Shown here piece after piece: positions 1 to 12,837 of a stretch of 64,000 nucleotides of DNA. The stretch comes from Schizochytrium sp. TIO01. Lineage: Eukaryota > Protista > Bigyra: Labyrinthulomycetes. A model generated the notes under the pieces. The model saw only the letters and a list, made by a program, of their open reading frames with translations. It made no database searches and was not told where the DNA came from. The stretch covers positions 4,380,862-4,444,861 of the forward strand of contig SMSO01000025.1 in assembly GCA_004764695.1 (NCBI GenBank), given 5' to 3'. Numbering within the stretch: the first letter of the stretch is position 1; the number at the start of each line of letters is the position of its first letter. The translations under genes and the position numbers were made by a program.

Positions 1-920
1 ATTTTGGCAGATGCTTTGATCTGTACAATGTCTCCATTGGCAAAATTAACGAATAGGAGACCAACCCGAGGATCAAGAGCGATATTACCAAGCGTGTTGA
101 AAAAGAAATTTCCGACATATTCGGGATAAACCAATGTTCTGGGCCCAACCGGTTTGACGAAGCCAGGTGGCCCACCTCTGTGCGAGGCGTCTAAACCATT
201 GTCTTCTCCTCCAGATACTATGAAAAATGTGTCTGCATGGCGGATCATGTCATGCAGGGCGACAAGTTCCTCGTCGTATTGCAGAAGCTGCACCTTGGGG
301 CCTCTGTTGCCGTGTCGCACAGGGTTAGGCTTCCAAGTCCTGGCCTGAATGTATTTAGGGCAGTTTCCGTACGACTGTCGAACGCGAGCTTTGATTTTGG
401 CATCACTGGTATTGTTTTGGTCTACAACAACGCCATTGAGGCGCGCTCGCTGTCTTCTATCAAGCTCGATCCGTAGCATACCAACTTGAGCGTTAGGTCG
501 TTGTAAATTCTTCTCTAAAGGATCACCTCGGATGATGCCATTTGCATTGAGTTCGAATGTTTGCCCATCTTGCGGAATGCTTACAAGGCCTTTATCGGCT
601 GGCAGCGGGTCTAGCGACGCACCAGCACCTTGGGGCAATGAAGATATCGGGGCTTGCATAATGGACGCTCGCGGATGCCCGTCAGCATCTTGGCTTGCTA
701 CGACAAGCCAGGATGCATCTTCAAAAAAGTCCTTGTAGTTGTCACGGATAGTGTCTGAGATAAAGTCATTGTACTGCGCTCGCACCTGAGCAGCGTCCAC
801 AGGGCCCATAACCTGCTCCTGCACCTTGATTTCACCCACGTGCCACGGCCCGATGCCTCCATTGTCTTGGTACTCTGACATAGCTACTAATGAAAGCCAC
901 GCCGCCGCTCCAATCCTCAT
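1..920 (-). CDS. Pyridoxamine 5'-phosphate oxidase-related FMN-binding split-barrel protein, partial (runs off the window start)
   Basis: Manual translation gives an open minus-strand frame from ATG 920 (or in-frame ATG 881) to base 1. Family motifs: PWHVGEIKVQ, RQRARLNG, VRQSYGNCPKYIQAR, ADTFFIVS, DASHRGGPPGFV, YVGNFFFNTLGNIALDPRVGLLFVNF. Missing from the ORF track because it has no stop inside the window. Confidence 0.85.
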   Translation of the reverse strand, partial: MRIGAAAWLSLVAMSEYQDNGGIGPWHVGEIKVQEQVMGPVDAAQVRAQYNDFISDTIRDNYKDFFEDASWLVVASQDADGHPRASIMQAPISSLPQGAGASLDPLPADKGLVSIPQDGQTFELNANGIIRGDPLEKNLQRPNAQVGMLRIELDRRQRARLNGVVVDQNNTSDAKIKARVRQSYGNCPKYIQARTWKPNPVRHGNRGPKVQLLQYDEELVALHDMIRHADTFFIVSGGEDNGLDASHRGGPPGFVKPVGPRTLVYPEYVGNFFFNTLGNIALDPRVGLLFVNFANGDIVQIKASAK

Positions 921-3157
921 ACAAAAATCGCGTGCGACCGTCCGTGCGAAGTTTTCTTCCTTCAAGAGCCTGAGTTCACAGAGTTCTGGGTCTGCTGGAG
1001 CCTTTCTGCTTCGAAGTTTATTTCAATTGCTGCTTCTCTAATGCACGGGGAAGGCAATCTCAAGCGCCGCAAAAGTCGCATTCCGGCAAGCAAGACGCAC
1101 CACAGATTTCGCCGTCGGGCAAGCGGGTGCTGGCGAAAATACCCAACCTGTTGCAGAAACGGGTGAAGATCTTGGGCGTTCACAGACGGGTATGATACAG
1201 TAGACGTGCTTAGGCTTCGCTCTTGCAGGCCACGCGGCACTTTTCCTCCAAGTCCCGAAAGCGGTCCAGTGCAACGCCGGCGAGTTCTAGTTCTAGCTCC
1301 TGGTCTTCGCGAGTTCGCTCCAAGGTCCCGAGCAAACCCCTTTATCACGCAAGAGGGCAAGCGAACACGCACGCAAGCACGCAATCACCTCCAAGCTGAA
1401 TCCATCGATTTGATCCAAAGTGCTCCTGATTCCTCGCTCCAATTGTGGAGATTTTGGTCTCAATTTTTGGTGCAGTACTATGTACCTACACTGATGTACT
1501 TAGTACTTACTTACTTATACTTACTTAATTACTTACTGAGTCTACTGAGTCTATTTAGACCACTTAGTCTACTTAGGCCACTTAGTCCACTTATAGTTAA
1601 TCATATCAGCCCTCTAGCAGCAGACTAGATCGCCACCTCTTCGCGCCACTTAGCCTTATCTCTAGGACCTCCACTTCTGGCGAAACCAGTGCGAGGTGGT
1701 TACACAGTCCTGGCGCATCTTTCACGCGCAAAAATCTATCGTGGCTAGTGCAAATGTGGCAAGGCAGCGAGTTATATTCGCAGGTATGCTATTCGCCGAC
1801 ATGGCCTTCGTGTTATTTCTTGACGGCTGTGCTGGGATGACCATTCTCTAGCCTCGCTCGCTCACTCACTTGCTCAGGCGGTCTTCACTTGGGTCCAAAC
1901 CAGGCTTCCAAGGCGAACCCGCCTTCCTCACGAAAATGGGTTCCGCAGAAACACATAGAAACGCATACCGCTTGGTAGTAGTCATAATAGTGCTCGCTAG
2001 CAGGCAGCTTGTACTCTTCCTTGCCAATCCTTTTCATTCAAGTCCAAGTCAAAGCATGTTGCGGATTGATTGGAGCGGTTTCCGAGTAATGAGAGTATAT
2101 ACTTAGACAAAACTCAAGCCAAGCATATCACTCCTGCTGAAATGTTGGTTGAAAAAGTCATATCACTCATGCGTACCTATGTCATACCATACTAAGAAAT
2201 GCTCTGACTTGAGTTTGTACCCAAGTAAAAGAGGGTGATAGAAGTACTATGGCCGACAAGTAAGTTAGTACAAGGCGCACGATCATCGTGATGATCAAAA
2301 CATCGTTCCTCGTTTTTGTTTTCGCTACTAGGCTCCGCTGATTTACATCTAGGTACTGCCGAGATTACGGATGATAAACCTTCAGAACCACCTATCAGGA
2401 AAGCAGAATTGCTATGATGTCTAGGGCTCTGTACCACGAGGTAGGGCTTCCTCTCCATTGGTTTCAGACATTTCGCGGGCTGCTTCTACTAGTAAAGCCA
2501 TGCTTGAAATCGACTGATCACATTGTTTCTATGACAGGAATTGTGACAGCTGTTTTGTAATTTCTATGGCTGTGATTGTCTAATTTATAATTCTCGGAAC
2601 TCATTGCATCAAGCAGAAGTGTAAGCATGCAGAGATGAGTTGAACACACGAGCCACAAACTTGCATGAGACTGCTAGTTGGCGCGCTTCGTGTAATTTTC
2701 GGTGATCGAGCGATTTCGAGTTGTCCTTTTGGCAATTTGGTTGCAATTAGGCGAGCAAGCGTTGCGCAAATTGGATGTTCAAATCGATCTTGTACTAGCT
2801 ATCCCTTTGTAGTACCGTCAAGTGCTCATTACATGGGTGATCACAAATTACGTCCTTTGCCATACGTGCCAGGAGAGCTAGCGGCCGAGAGAAGACAAAG
2901 AGATGTCAAGATGTAGCGGTTCCTGGTATTCGGTTATCACGAGGCCTGCAATTGCGCTAGTAAGTAGTCGTTCATGCCTCCGGGAATCAATAGGCTGCAC
3001 ACTGCACGCACTCCCGATACTCAGAAGCCATCACGAGAAATTCTTTGTCCTCGGAAAGGATTCTGAGTTAGAGCAGGGCTTTTAAATTGTTGACAATCTT
3101 GACTGGTCTTGAGTATTGCTCGATCCTTCCTTCTTGTGATCTACCATTTTGTACTGG

Positions 3158-3188
3158 ACCATCACAGGTGAGTCGTACCTGTGATGGT
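3158..3188. repeat. Perfect 12-bp inverted repeat (hairpin)
   Basis: ACCATCACAGGT-gagtcgt-ACCTGTGATGGT. Confidence 0.85.
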
Positions 3189-4323
3189 ATTTTAAAATTT
3201 AAAGCAATTGATTATTGTGAGTAAGCAATGTACTATGTTCTCTATGTTATTGCCTAGAAATAACTGCAAGCCCAAGCCCTACCTGTGAGCTGAAGAAACC
3301 ATTCGCAGGTACGCAACAGAGGTATCATAATACTTTTTTCAGTTCCCATAATTAAAAATTGATCAATTCCGTCGCGTCCCAAGCACAGTTTCTGAGGTAC
3401 TCACTTCACGAATTCGCATTATTCATTGCATTTTGGTTGCATTGGCGAAAGCAGAACACCGCTCAATTGAGCAACCCTTTCGCACCTAATGCATGGCTGC
3501 CACGGTCCTGCTGAGGTCCTCCTTCCCCTTCCTCTAGAGGCGCCTACTTATGATCATCAACGACTCAGCATGAACACCTTTCCAGCCGCTGGCTAGCCTG
3601 CCCTTAGGAGCACCTACGCACTTCGCCTAAGTGTGTGCGTTGATGATACTAACTAACCGACCCTTTGCTACAGTTAGTTATGATCGTCGCGGCGCCGAGC
3701 TCTCAAAGTTGGAACGTGCGCCAGCGATCGTGACCGCGCGTACTCCCAGTCAACTTGTCGCCGACGAGCTTCAGCTTGAAGTTGTTTTGCTTCCCCGCCA
3801 CCGCCCGCCCGTCACGCCCGCCGCCCGATCTCCGTGCTGTCTCGCACGAGAGTTCCAGCTCGCGAGTTTCGAGTTCTTGTCAACGCCCCTGAGGCTCGCT
3901 CGCCATAAATAATACCTTACTTACTTCGGGCACTCATCGCGCTTTTCTGCGACAACGACAAAAAATCTCACGTGCCGCGCCGCACATACCACGTCCAGGG
4001 CCGGCGGCGGGCGCACTCCTACCGTAGGGGTTAGCGGTCGCCTAGCGGCCGCTCGCTCGTCTCGTTGTTGGCGCTTGACGGAGAGCACCGCGTTGGCGAC
4101 CCTCAGGAAGCGCCACGCGCTGGGCGCCAGTCAAACGCAGTCTGCTGTACCGGGAAGAGTCCACTCCAAGTTGACCGGGATCTTGAGTGTGCCTTTGGTT
4201 GTCAATGGGTTGTCAAGTTTCAACAACCCGGCGACCTTCAGGTAGATTGCTGCAAAGGGCGTCAAGTCCACGCGAACCCGAACGTTGTTCAACCCGCTTT
4301 CCACCTTCAGAGGTATCGACATT

Positions 4324-4374
4324 CTTTTCTTTTCTTTTCTTTTCTTTTCTTTTCTTTTCTTTTCTTTTCTTTTC
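4324..4374. repeat. (TTTTC)n microsatellite, about 10 units
   Basis: Directly visible. Confidence 0.95.
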
Positions 4375-5902
4375 TCTTTCTCTGCTTCTCTTTCTTTTCT
4401 TAGTTAGAATAAAATCGAATGGGTTGCTCCTTTTCCTTTCTCGTTCTCTTCTTCAATGTTTGTGATGATAATAGTAATACTATTATGATGAGTGGGCTTC
4501 CTTCCTTTCTATACATACATTTTCTTAAATTAAAAACTTAGATTAAAATAAAGTAAAATGAACAACTTTGGAAATAACTATCAGAGCATCTTGTGTTATG
4601 TGTTATGTTATAACTTTCACTTGAAAGAGTAGAGAGAAGAAAAACAAACATAGGAATTCTTTTCACTGTGAAAGAAAGAAAAAATGGAAACTTATTACAA
4701 TTAGAGAGATTCTCGGCACTGGTCTCTCGCGACACCTCATGGAGGTTGCGAGCGACCTTTAGCCTTTCCGAGGGATTTGTTCCGTTCTCAGGCGTCTTCT
4801 TCTGCCACTTCTTCTCCTTCTTCTCCTCGATAGACGGCAAGATTAAATCTTCAACTCGAGTGCTGGCGTGCTACATAGACGCACGCTATGTCTATCTCGA
4901 GTATCGCTTGCCATTCGTTCAAGATCTGCCCCCCGGGTTCTCTCTATCTTGACTCTTCGGAATCTTCAGCGAGGAACTATGGGTCCTATCAATAAGACTA
5001 AGTAGTGCTACGGTCAAACTTCACAGCAGCTAATTCTTGGCGTGCTCGACAGCGAGTGAAGCACAGTCCGGGTTTCCAGTTTCTACCCTCGCAGGCTCCT
5101 GTAAGAGTAGCGGGTACCCCCCAAAATGACTTGTTAGTCCTGGCCAAGTAAACATCATATCAATCTGGCAGCCAGCCAAATAAACACTTAAACAAAAGAC
5201 TCCAATGACGCCTCAATATCATAGCACTTCAACGTGGCTGTTTGCAGTTGTCCTTTTATACCTCATGGTAAGGCGTAACCAGCTCATGGTGTCCTCTTAG
5301 TCAGGCCTACGGATTTGGCTAAATAAAACCAACAAAGGCAGACAGTCTCGGGAAAGAAAGTGCTCAACTCGTAGCCAGCGCTTGGCAGCCCTGGATTGCT
5401 TGCCGGGAAACGTGTGTTAGTGCCTGGTTGCCGACAATGTTGGCCACATCCCTATTCCTGGAGCCCCTGTCCGCCTTGGCCTGGCCTCGGCTGGCCATAA
5501 AGCTCTTCTCTACATTTGCCAGAGTAGCTTTGCAGCAAAGAAGAAGGGGTTGTCCTCAACAACAACTATCATTTTTATTTATCATTTTTTAAAAACTTTT
5601 TTTAAAGTTTAATTTTAAACTTTAAAAAAAATCAACTATTTTTTTTTTCAGGGTGCTTACGAACGACTAATGGTGGGCATAAGTGTACAGCGTTGATCAC
5701 TTTCGATGACACCATAGTTCCTGATATGCACCCAGCCAATATTTTGCCGGCGCTGTTCCATGCCTTATTTCCTCACATCGGCACTTTATGGTAGTGTAGC
5801 GTGCAAGTTTAAGAATCACCGGGAGCGTTTATCATTGGTATCACTTTGCATTGTCGTCGGAGTTCTCCTCTCTCATGTACATACATTGCTATGATTACTA
5901 GG

Positions 5903-5928
5903 TAGCTAGCTAGCTAGCTAGCTAGCTA
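5903..5928. repeat. (TAGC)n microsatellite
   Basis: Directly visible. Confidence 0.9.
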
Positions 5929-6493
5929 ACTATCTAACACACTCTTTCACTACTTTTACTTCTGTCTCACTTTTGTTCACACTGCTTCACTCACTTTATC
6001 TCGAAATCGTGGCCAAGCATCAAGAAAATGGAGGTGCTCTTGGAGTACTGCGTGAAGAATCTTGCTCAACACTGCCTGGCTCGCTCACGGCTTGGAGGTG
6101 CTGGCGAGGCTTGGTGATGAGAACTCCTTAGGATACCAATCTTGCAGCCTTTGGTGCAATCTACGGCGGGTAGCCAGCCTAGTTCACAACTTGATTTGCT
6201 GTTCACGACGCCTGCCTTAGCGGTAGCCCTCAAGTAGCCCAAACCATAGCAGTTGGCGTACACGAGAAATGGAAATCGTTGGCGTCGCTTTCTTTCTTTT
6301 TCTTCTCTTCTCACTAAATACTGAATAGCATAAAGGCTCAGGCATTATATTTATTTTAAAAACTCATTCAATTTATAAAAACATACTTTTGTAAAATGAA
6401 AAAAGCAGATACCTTAGTGGTTAGTGCTACTGGAAGTACCTACATTGAGTTGATCAGACACTGTTTCACTAATTAACAGTAAGTCAAGTATAA

Positions 6494-6558
6494 AGAGAGA
6501 GAGAGAGAGAAAGAGAAAGAGAAAGAGAAAGAGAAAGAGAAAGAGAAAGAGAAAGAAA
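6494..6558. repeat. (GA)n/(GAGAAA)n microsatellite
   Basis: Directly visible. Confidence 0.95.
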
Positions 6559-9500
6559 GAAGAGTGCTCTTCCTGCGACCTGTACACTCAGCTCCACAGA
6601 AGAGCACCACTCTGACTGGTAGCACACTGTGCAAAAGAGGTCAAGTTCGCCTCTGGCTCTCGCGCGTTGTCCTATTGAAGGCGATTCCTCCGCGCCAATC
6701 GAGATCCACGCTCGAAAGCGGCGCGCTCTTGGCCAATCGTGCGCGAAGAAGACAAGATGGCGGTTCTTTTTTAGATTTTGTTTTTTATTCCTCTCTTTCA
6801 TTCTTTCATTCATTCATTCTTTCTTTCTTTCTTTTTTCTTTCATTTTTTCTTTTTTCGCTCTGAAGGATGTGTACTATTATATGACAGACAGAGAAATAA
6901 TCGTTCCCCGTCGAAATGATTCAGGGAGGGAATTCCAAGATCAAGAGCACTCAGAAGAAAACTGCATTTGAAGACGCTCAGTCGTTCTGGCGAAAACCTC
7001 CAGCGAATATCACCGAATCAAGCTTCGAGTGAACTGGGTTTCTCCCGCTCGATATCAATCTCCCGCGTTCTGCTCGAACCGTTGCGCTTCCTCATCGAAA
7101 GGAAACAACAAATGAAGAATATGACATACATGGATGACGGTAAAAAGAAGACGAAAATAAAACACTTTTGGTCTATACGCCACTACGACTATAGTTTTTA
7201 CTATTATCTTAAATTAAAAACAATCAAATGATGATAATAATCATCTCAAGTTATTTTCGACAAAGACGTGCACATCCGTGAAAATTACCATCAACGCCAT
7301 GAAAAGGAGCACTCGTACGGGGATGAGATGTTGTCATCAGCGCAGGAGGGGCCACAAATTCCAGGAAGGACTCGGGCTGCTTCATTTTGAGATACCAGAT
7401 GACCTAGGCATCATGAATCACGAGGGCGGGGGGCCTTCTTTGAAGCAGAGTAACCAACTACCCGATCTTCGGACTTAGGCAGCATTTTATGTGCAAATAT
7501 ATATTTATTTTTATAGGACTGTTTTAGTTTTAGTTTTAGTTTTTTAAACTAACTATTTCAGAATCCCTCCATCAAGAATTTGAATAGTACCAACTAATGA
7601 TACAACTATATAAGGCTCGTTAGGACCATCCATGGCGCACTGTGGGGAAAGGGGAAGAAGAAAGGCGGCGGAAAAACCAAACTACATCTCAGTTCCTACT
7701 AAATGGTATACGACTACTAGTCGTTCCTCCGCCTTTTCGGAAGCAGGTTCGTAGTACGGACGATCAAAACAAGACCAAGGGTCGTTTCTAGGTCTATGAT
7801 AGTTGAGGATACACAGGTCTGGTTTGGGTTGCACTAGGAGTTCCTACAAGGGGAATATGTTTTTTTCTCTCTTTTGTAAGACAGTGGAAATTGAATGAGT
7901 TCTGAATTTGAAAAAGTGTTTTTGAATTGACTGTAAAGAAAAAAGTTTCTTGATCGAAAAAACTTGGTGATCTTCTTCACCAAATTCGCAACTCAAGTCG
8001 TGCCGCGGGAGAAAGACTGTGCAACAGAAGCGCCTGACAAAAGACAACAAGGCAATCTGGATGCAACATTCTTCAATGGCAAGCTAGATTCGCTTGATTA
8101 ACCTCACAAGTCGCTTCGAAATACCTGCTCGTGGGCCTCGCTCGCAGCAAACCAGGAACCGAGACGTCAAGTCTCGCTCCCACATCCAGCGATCGACCCA
8201 AGACCAAACCTGTAGCCTTGCTCCTGGACAAAGCTTGGTCAACCAAAAGTCACTCAGATCGATCCTTCTCAATCTTCGCGCGCTCGTTTCCGCACCGCCC
8301 TGCACAGCGCTGGACTCCAGGGCCTCCAAACCTCATTGCAAGGTCAATACTCTGTCTGCACAAGAAAGAGAAACCCTCTCTGCCTCCGTTGTGGCATCCT
8401 TGCCTTCGCCATCGCCCTTCGAGGACGTTCCGAGCGCACAACGCTAGCGCCTAGGCCCCCAAACGAGCCAAGCAGTGCGCCCGCCCAGCAACGGTGGCCT
8501 GGGTTGTCAACTTTCCGCTTGTGTCTGCGTCTCAGCCTGCGCGCTGCTCCCTTTCTCTTGGTTCATCGTTCGCAAATTAGCCAAGTCCTCAGACAGCGTG
8601 GTGTTCTTCTGCCAGCATCTGCTCCTCGTTGGCTATTAGAAGGTGGAGTGCAGCTCAGGCGCCTTCGTCTTCTTCTGGTGCTCGTTGCTGGCTGCTGCTG
8701 CTGCTGCTGCTCCCGCCACCGCGACCTCCACCGCGACCTCCACCGCCACCGCCGCCAACCTCTCCGTTGGCGCCGAAGCCGAGGTGGTCCAAGGTCAAGT
8801 CAGTCAATAAGTCAATAAGTCAGACGGTCAGTCAGTCAGTCATCTCACGACGCGTGCCTTCCTCGGTGGTGATCCTCCTCCTATCGGTGCCTGCCTCAAA
8901 GCGTAGAACAGCGTCTTGGCCGTGTCGCTTGTCGCTCTTCCAAAGGGCTCAGAGCTCCTTCTTCCAGAGCATAGCTTTTGGCAGTGTATTTAGCGCGCAG
9001 TCCTCTGCTCTCAAGGTTTCCTTTCGCTCCTCTGTTCATTCATACATACATTCGTCCATCCCATTCATCGTTGCCAACCTTCGTTGCCGACTGCCTGCCT
9101 GAGCTCGCTCTCGGTCTCGCTCTCTCGTGTGACTCTGGCGCGAGTTGCCATTTCCTCGATCGCCGCCATCGGTCTCTCCCTCGCAGGCAGGGTATTCCCA
9201 TTGTCCGCAGACCCGCGCCTCCGGTCGGCAGGAAACAAATACCTTCAAGGCTCGCATTGCAGGAGTCAAATCGCGCGTGAACCCGGGTGCCATTTCTTTC
9301 TGCGCACGAGGTGCAGGCACCAACGCGAACCAACCCGGAGGCCTTCGTGCAGGGCTGGGCCTTTGTTTGTTTGATTGATTGATTGTTTGATTGTTGTTTG
9401 TTGTTTGTTGTTTGTTGTGCGTGCGTGGAGCTGCTCCAGGTCTTTCTCTGCCTGGCTGAAGCGCGCTGGCTGGTCTTACTCATTCGTTGCCCCGGTCGTC

Positions 9501-9700
9501 GCGCTCAAGTTGAGACAAACAATCCAACCCGGTGGAAAGGAAACACCACACGCCATAAGGTCAGCAGCCACCCCAACCGTCTCCGGAAAGAAAACCAACC
9601 GGGCTTGGCAACCAACTGCATTCGCGAGAGGCGGCCATTGATTGCTCCATCTGCAGGCTTGGCCAGCAGCAGTGGAGGTCGCGGCGTCGTCGTGTGCGAG

Positions 9701-9852
9701 CTCACGAGATTACGAGCTCTCGAGATTACGAGCTCTCGAGATTACGAGCTCTCGAGATTGCGGGCTCTCGAGATTGCGGGCTCTCGAGATTGCGGGCTCT
9801 CGAGATTGCGGGCTCTCGAGATTGCGGGCTCTCGAGATTGCGGGCTCTCGAG
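9701..9852. repeat. 16-bp minisatellite, 9.5 copies
   Basis: CTC(T/A)CGAGATTACGAG x3, then CTCTCGAGATTGCGGG x6, then a half unit. All units but the first contain the palindrome TCTCGAGA. Confidence 0.95.
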
Positions 9853-10096
9853 TGGGTTTCTGCGGCAGAAGAGATCGATCGTTTCGTTTGACCGGGCGTA
9901 CAGAAGGTACCAGGCAGCCTTGGACTGCTGGTTCTCGAGAGCAGGCCTGCAAAAGCTCGTCGTCGCGACCGACTGGTCAGAAGAAGACCTCCTGAACCAA
10001 CCGCCACCGCCACTTCAGTTGGGCATCGCGGGTCGAGACCAAAGCTCTGCTTCGGCGAGAGGGCTCCGTGCGACGCCCTCGACGCGGCATCAGACC

Positions 10097-10163
10097 TGAC
10101 TGACTGACTGACTGGCTGTTTGGTTGGTTGGCTGGCAGGCAGGCAGGCAGGCAGGCAGGCAGG
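10097..10163. repeat. Compound (TGAC)n/(TTGG)n/(GGCA)n microsatellite
   Basis: Directly visible. Confidence 0.85.
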
Positions 10164-10396
10164 CCTGTGACACCCGAACGGGAAGAGACCTTGGTCAGCA
10201 GAGAGAAGGACTGTGACTACTCACGAGATTGCTCTGCTTTGGTTCGAGACCACGAGAGGAGAACCTCCCTCCTCGTTTTCTTTCTTTTTTTCTTTTCGGC
10301 TCCGTTCTCTCTCTCTCTCTCTCTCTGTCTTTCACGTTCTCTTTCTCTCTTTCTCTTTCTCTTTCTTTTCTTTTCTCTTCCTTCCCACTTTCAGAT

Positions 10397-10427
<31 letters not shown>

Positions 10428-10486
10428 ATAGATGGCTAAAAGTTTGGTGGTCAATAAAACAAATTGAAAAAGAAAACGAAAACGAG

Positions 10487-10521
<35 letters not shown>
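10487..10521 (+). repeat. A35 poly(A) tract preceded by AATAAA at 10453-10458
   Basis: Directly visible. Confidence 0.9.
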
Positions 10522-10523
<2 letters not shown>

Positions 10524-10966
10524 AAGAGAAGAAGAGAGGCCTTATTGGTACATGACTAGATAGTACTGTAGTGGGCCGTTCATACTATCCAAGAGCGCGT
10601 TTTCGGGCAGGACGATCGTGGTGCTTGCCGAGTACTTAGGTTCCTACGGACCTGCGGCAAAAGTGGTTGTGCCGGTAAGCACTATCTGTAGGACCGTTTC
10701 TCTCTACGCGTTGGCCGACTGGAGGAAAGACCAAGGCCCGGCGAGTAATCGATCAGTACCAAAACACCTTCTCGTCGCGTGTTGGCAAGAAAGCGGAAGG
10801 AAAAGCAAACCTGAATACTAATCACCACAGTTTATTCTTTAGGTCTGTGGCACACCTGTAACCCAACACAGACCTAAACACAGACCCACTGCTCTGTGTG
10901 TAAAACCCATTACAGCTCTTTTCTTCGGTGACTGCGGATCGACCTTGCATCAAATAAAAACACATC

Positions 10967-11230
10967 ATGGCAAACGAGGACGACGATATCGACGCCTCGC
11001 TTAGCAGTGCCCCTGACGTTGAGGAACATGGGAACCACGCAGGCTCAAATTCAAATCAACAGACCAATGGCAATGGTTCGGGCGCTTCTGGGAGCCAACG
11101 GCAGACAAATACACCAAACTTACCAGGACGCATTGTCCAACTGTTGACAAGACCTATCACACCGCGTGTCCCTTTATTTACATGGAAGTCATCTAATCTC
11201 AGCCGGGAAAGCAACGATAATAATGATTGA
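10967..11230 (+). CDS. Small low-complexity hypothetical protein (87 aa)
   Basis: ATG in an A-rich initiation context (aaaacacatcATGG); protein-like acidic/Asn/Gly composition; no recognisable domain. Confidence 0.4.
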   Translation: MANEDDDIDASLSSAPDVEEHGNHAGSNSNQQTNGNGSGASGSQRQTNTPNLPGRIVQLLTRPITPRVPLFTWKSSNLSRESNDNND

Positions 11231-12837
11231 TCGAGAGTGTTTACTTCTCTCTTTTAATTTTCTGAGAAATTGGTGCGTAACGAGTAAGCGTCAGAGCTCA
11301 CATGTGCGCCGCTGTGCGCTGATGATTATGATTCTTTTTTAATTTTTCCCAGTCTCTGTGACTGTTTACGTGATTGGCGTTCGTTTCTGATGGTCTCATC
11401 AGTGCAGCTCATAATCTTTAGGTTGCTGATTGATGCTGCATGGGTGTGGTATCTCTCCTAAAGACAAGAACTCCTATTCAAGCAAAAGTGCTGCACGTTT
11501 CCTCTATTGTGGGTGTTGGGGATGCCGCACTCTCTATTCTTCTTTGATCATCTGTAGCACAGTTCATACACTCTTGTTTCCATTGGAATTCCTAAGGAAA
11601 TCAATTGGTTACATTCTCTTCGTCTTTTAATTGCATGCCTCTTACACTCTTTCTTGCGTTGGGGACAAACGGGATTTTCACATCTTTGCTGTCCACAAGT
11701 TATACAGTCACTAGACCAAATGCTAACATTAATATTCTTTTGAACCTTATCGTTTTCCCACAAACCTACTTTGTTACGTCGATTTGGGCTTCCACTCGAG
11801 ATTTCAAATTGAGCCCTCTGCATCGTTAGAAAGAAACAAAAAACATGTGTATGTCCCTGGGATCAACGAAAAATAATAGCAGTATAGCTTTTTGCTACAG
11901 CATTGAGACTTTCACGTCAAGTTTTCAAGAACACAAATGATACTAGAGATTGCAAAGCAAGATACAAAGTGGCATGCGAACCATTTACTTTAGTATTGTT
12001 CTTCTACAGCAGACTCGACTGCAATTATTAGGTTTGAAGGAGCTCCTGCAAATACAAGAACGGTGTGGGCATTTTCTCGTTGAGGAACCATTGAATTTCC
12101 ATTTTTACGAAGAAAATGGCAACAGAGTGAATATGAGACTTGTCAGCATACTGCTAAAATCAAACGAGTTTCTGGAACAGAACGGGAAAGAATGCCTTCT
12201 TTTAATTTGGAAAAAACAAAAAAACGTAAAAAACAAAACCTTGGCTCTTAATCTGCATATCATCTTCTCGATCAAGAGAAACGATAACTGAGCTGCTGCT
12301 TTCTTTTAAAGTTACTTAATATTAGCTCATATTCCAGGATTCATCTATGATATTAAAAGAAATGAAATATCAGTAGCACTGGGCAACACTATTCCAATTT
12401 TATCTATAAAAGTTCATTTTGTATCCATAAGGCTTCTTTTGTTGAAATTTGCAAGGCTTTTTTACTTTGATAGCAGCTACGCTTTTCACGCTGAAACATA
12501 GTTTACATGGCCAGATAAATAGAGATATTAAGGGTGCAAGCCCACAAAATACTCAATGGCCATGTTGTGTCGCAGTTAAGAATATTACATCAAGTTTATG
12601 CTGCTTTTATTTCTCATGAATAGTTTCATGCATAGAACAATGTTTCAAACATCTTGGTGACCCAAGGCATTCCATGCTAATTTAATTCCTAAGATGTGTC
12701 TTGCGTGACCCCCTGCGCCTATCATTTGTCTAAACCTCGACAGCCCAATTCATTGACTATTCCTTACGTGCAGAGTGTTTTGCTAAAACGAAACAGATCC
12801 ATGATCCATGACGGAATAATGTGTATACATTGTCTTC

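Noticed and set aside
9383-10099. 238-aa ORF and overlapping ORFs across the 16-bp repeat
   Set aside because: Open only because of the repeat and high GC; no domain and a non-ATG start.
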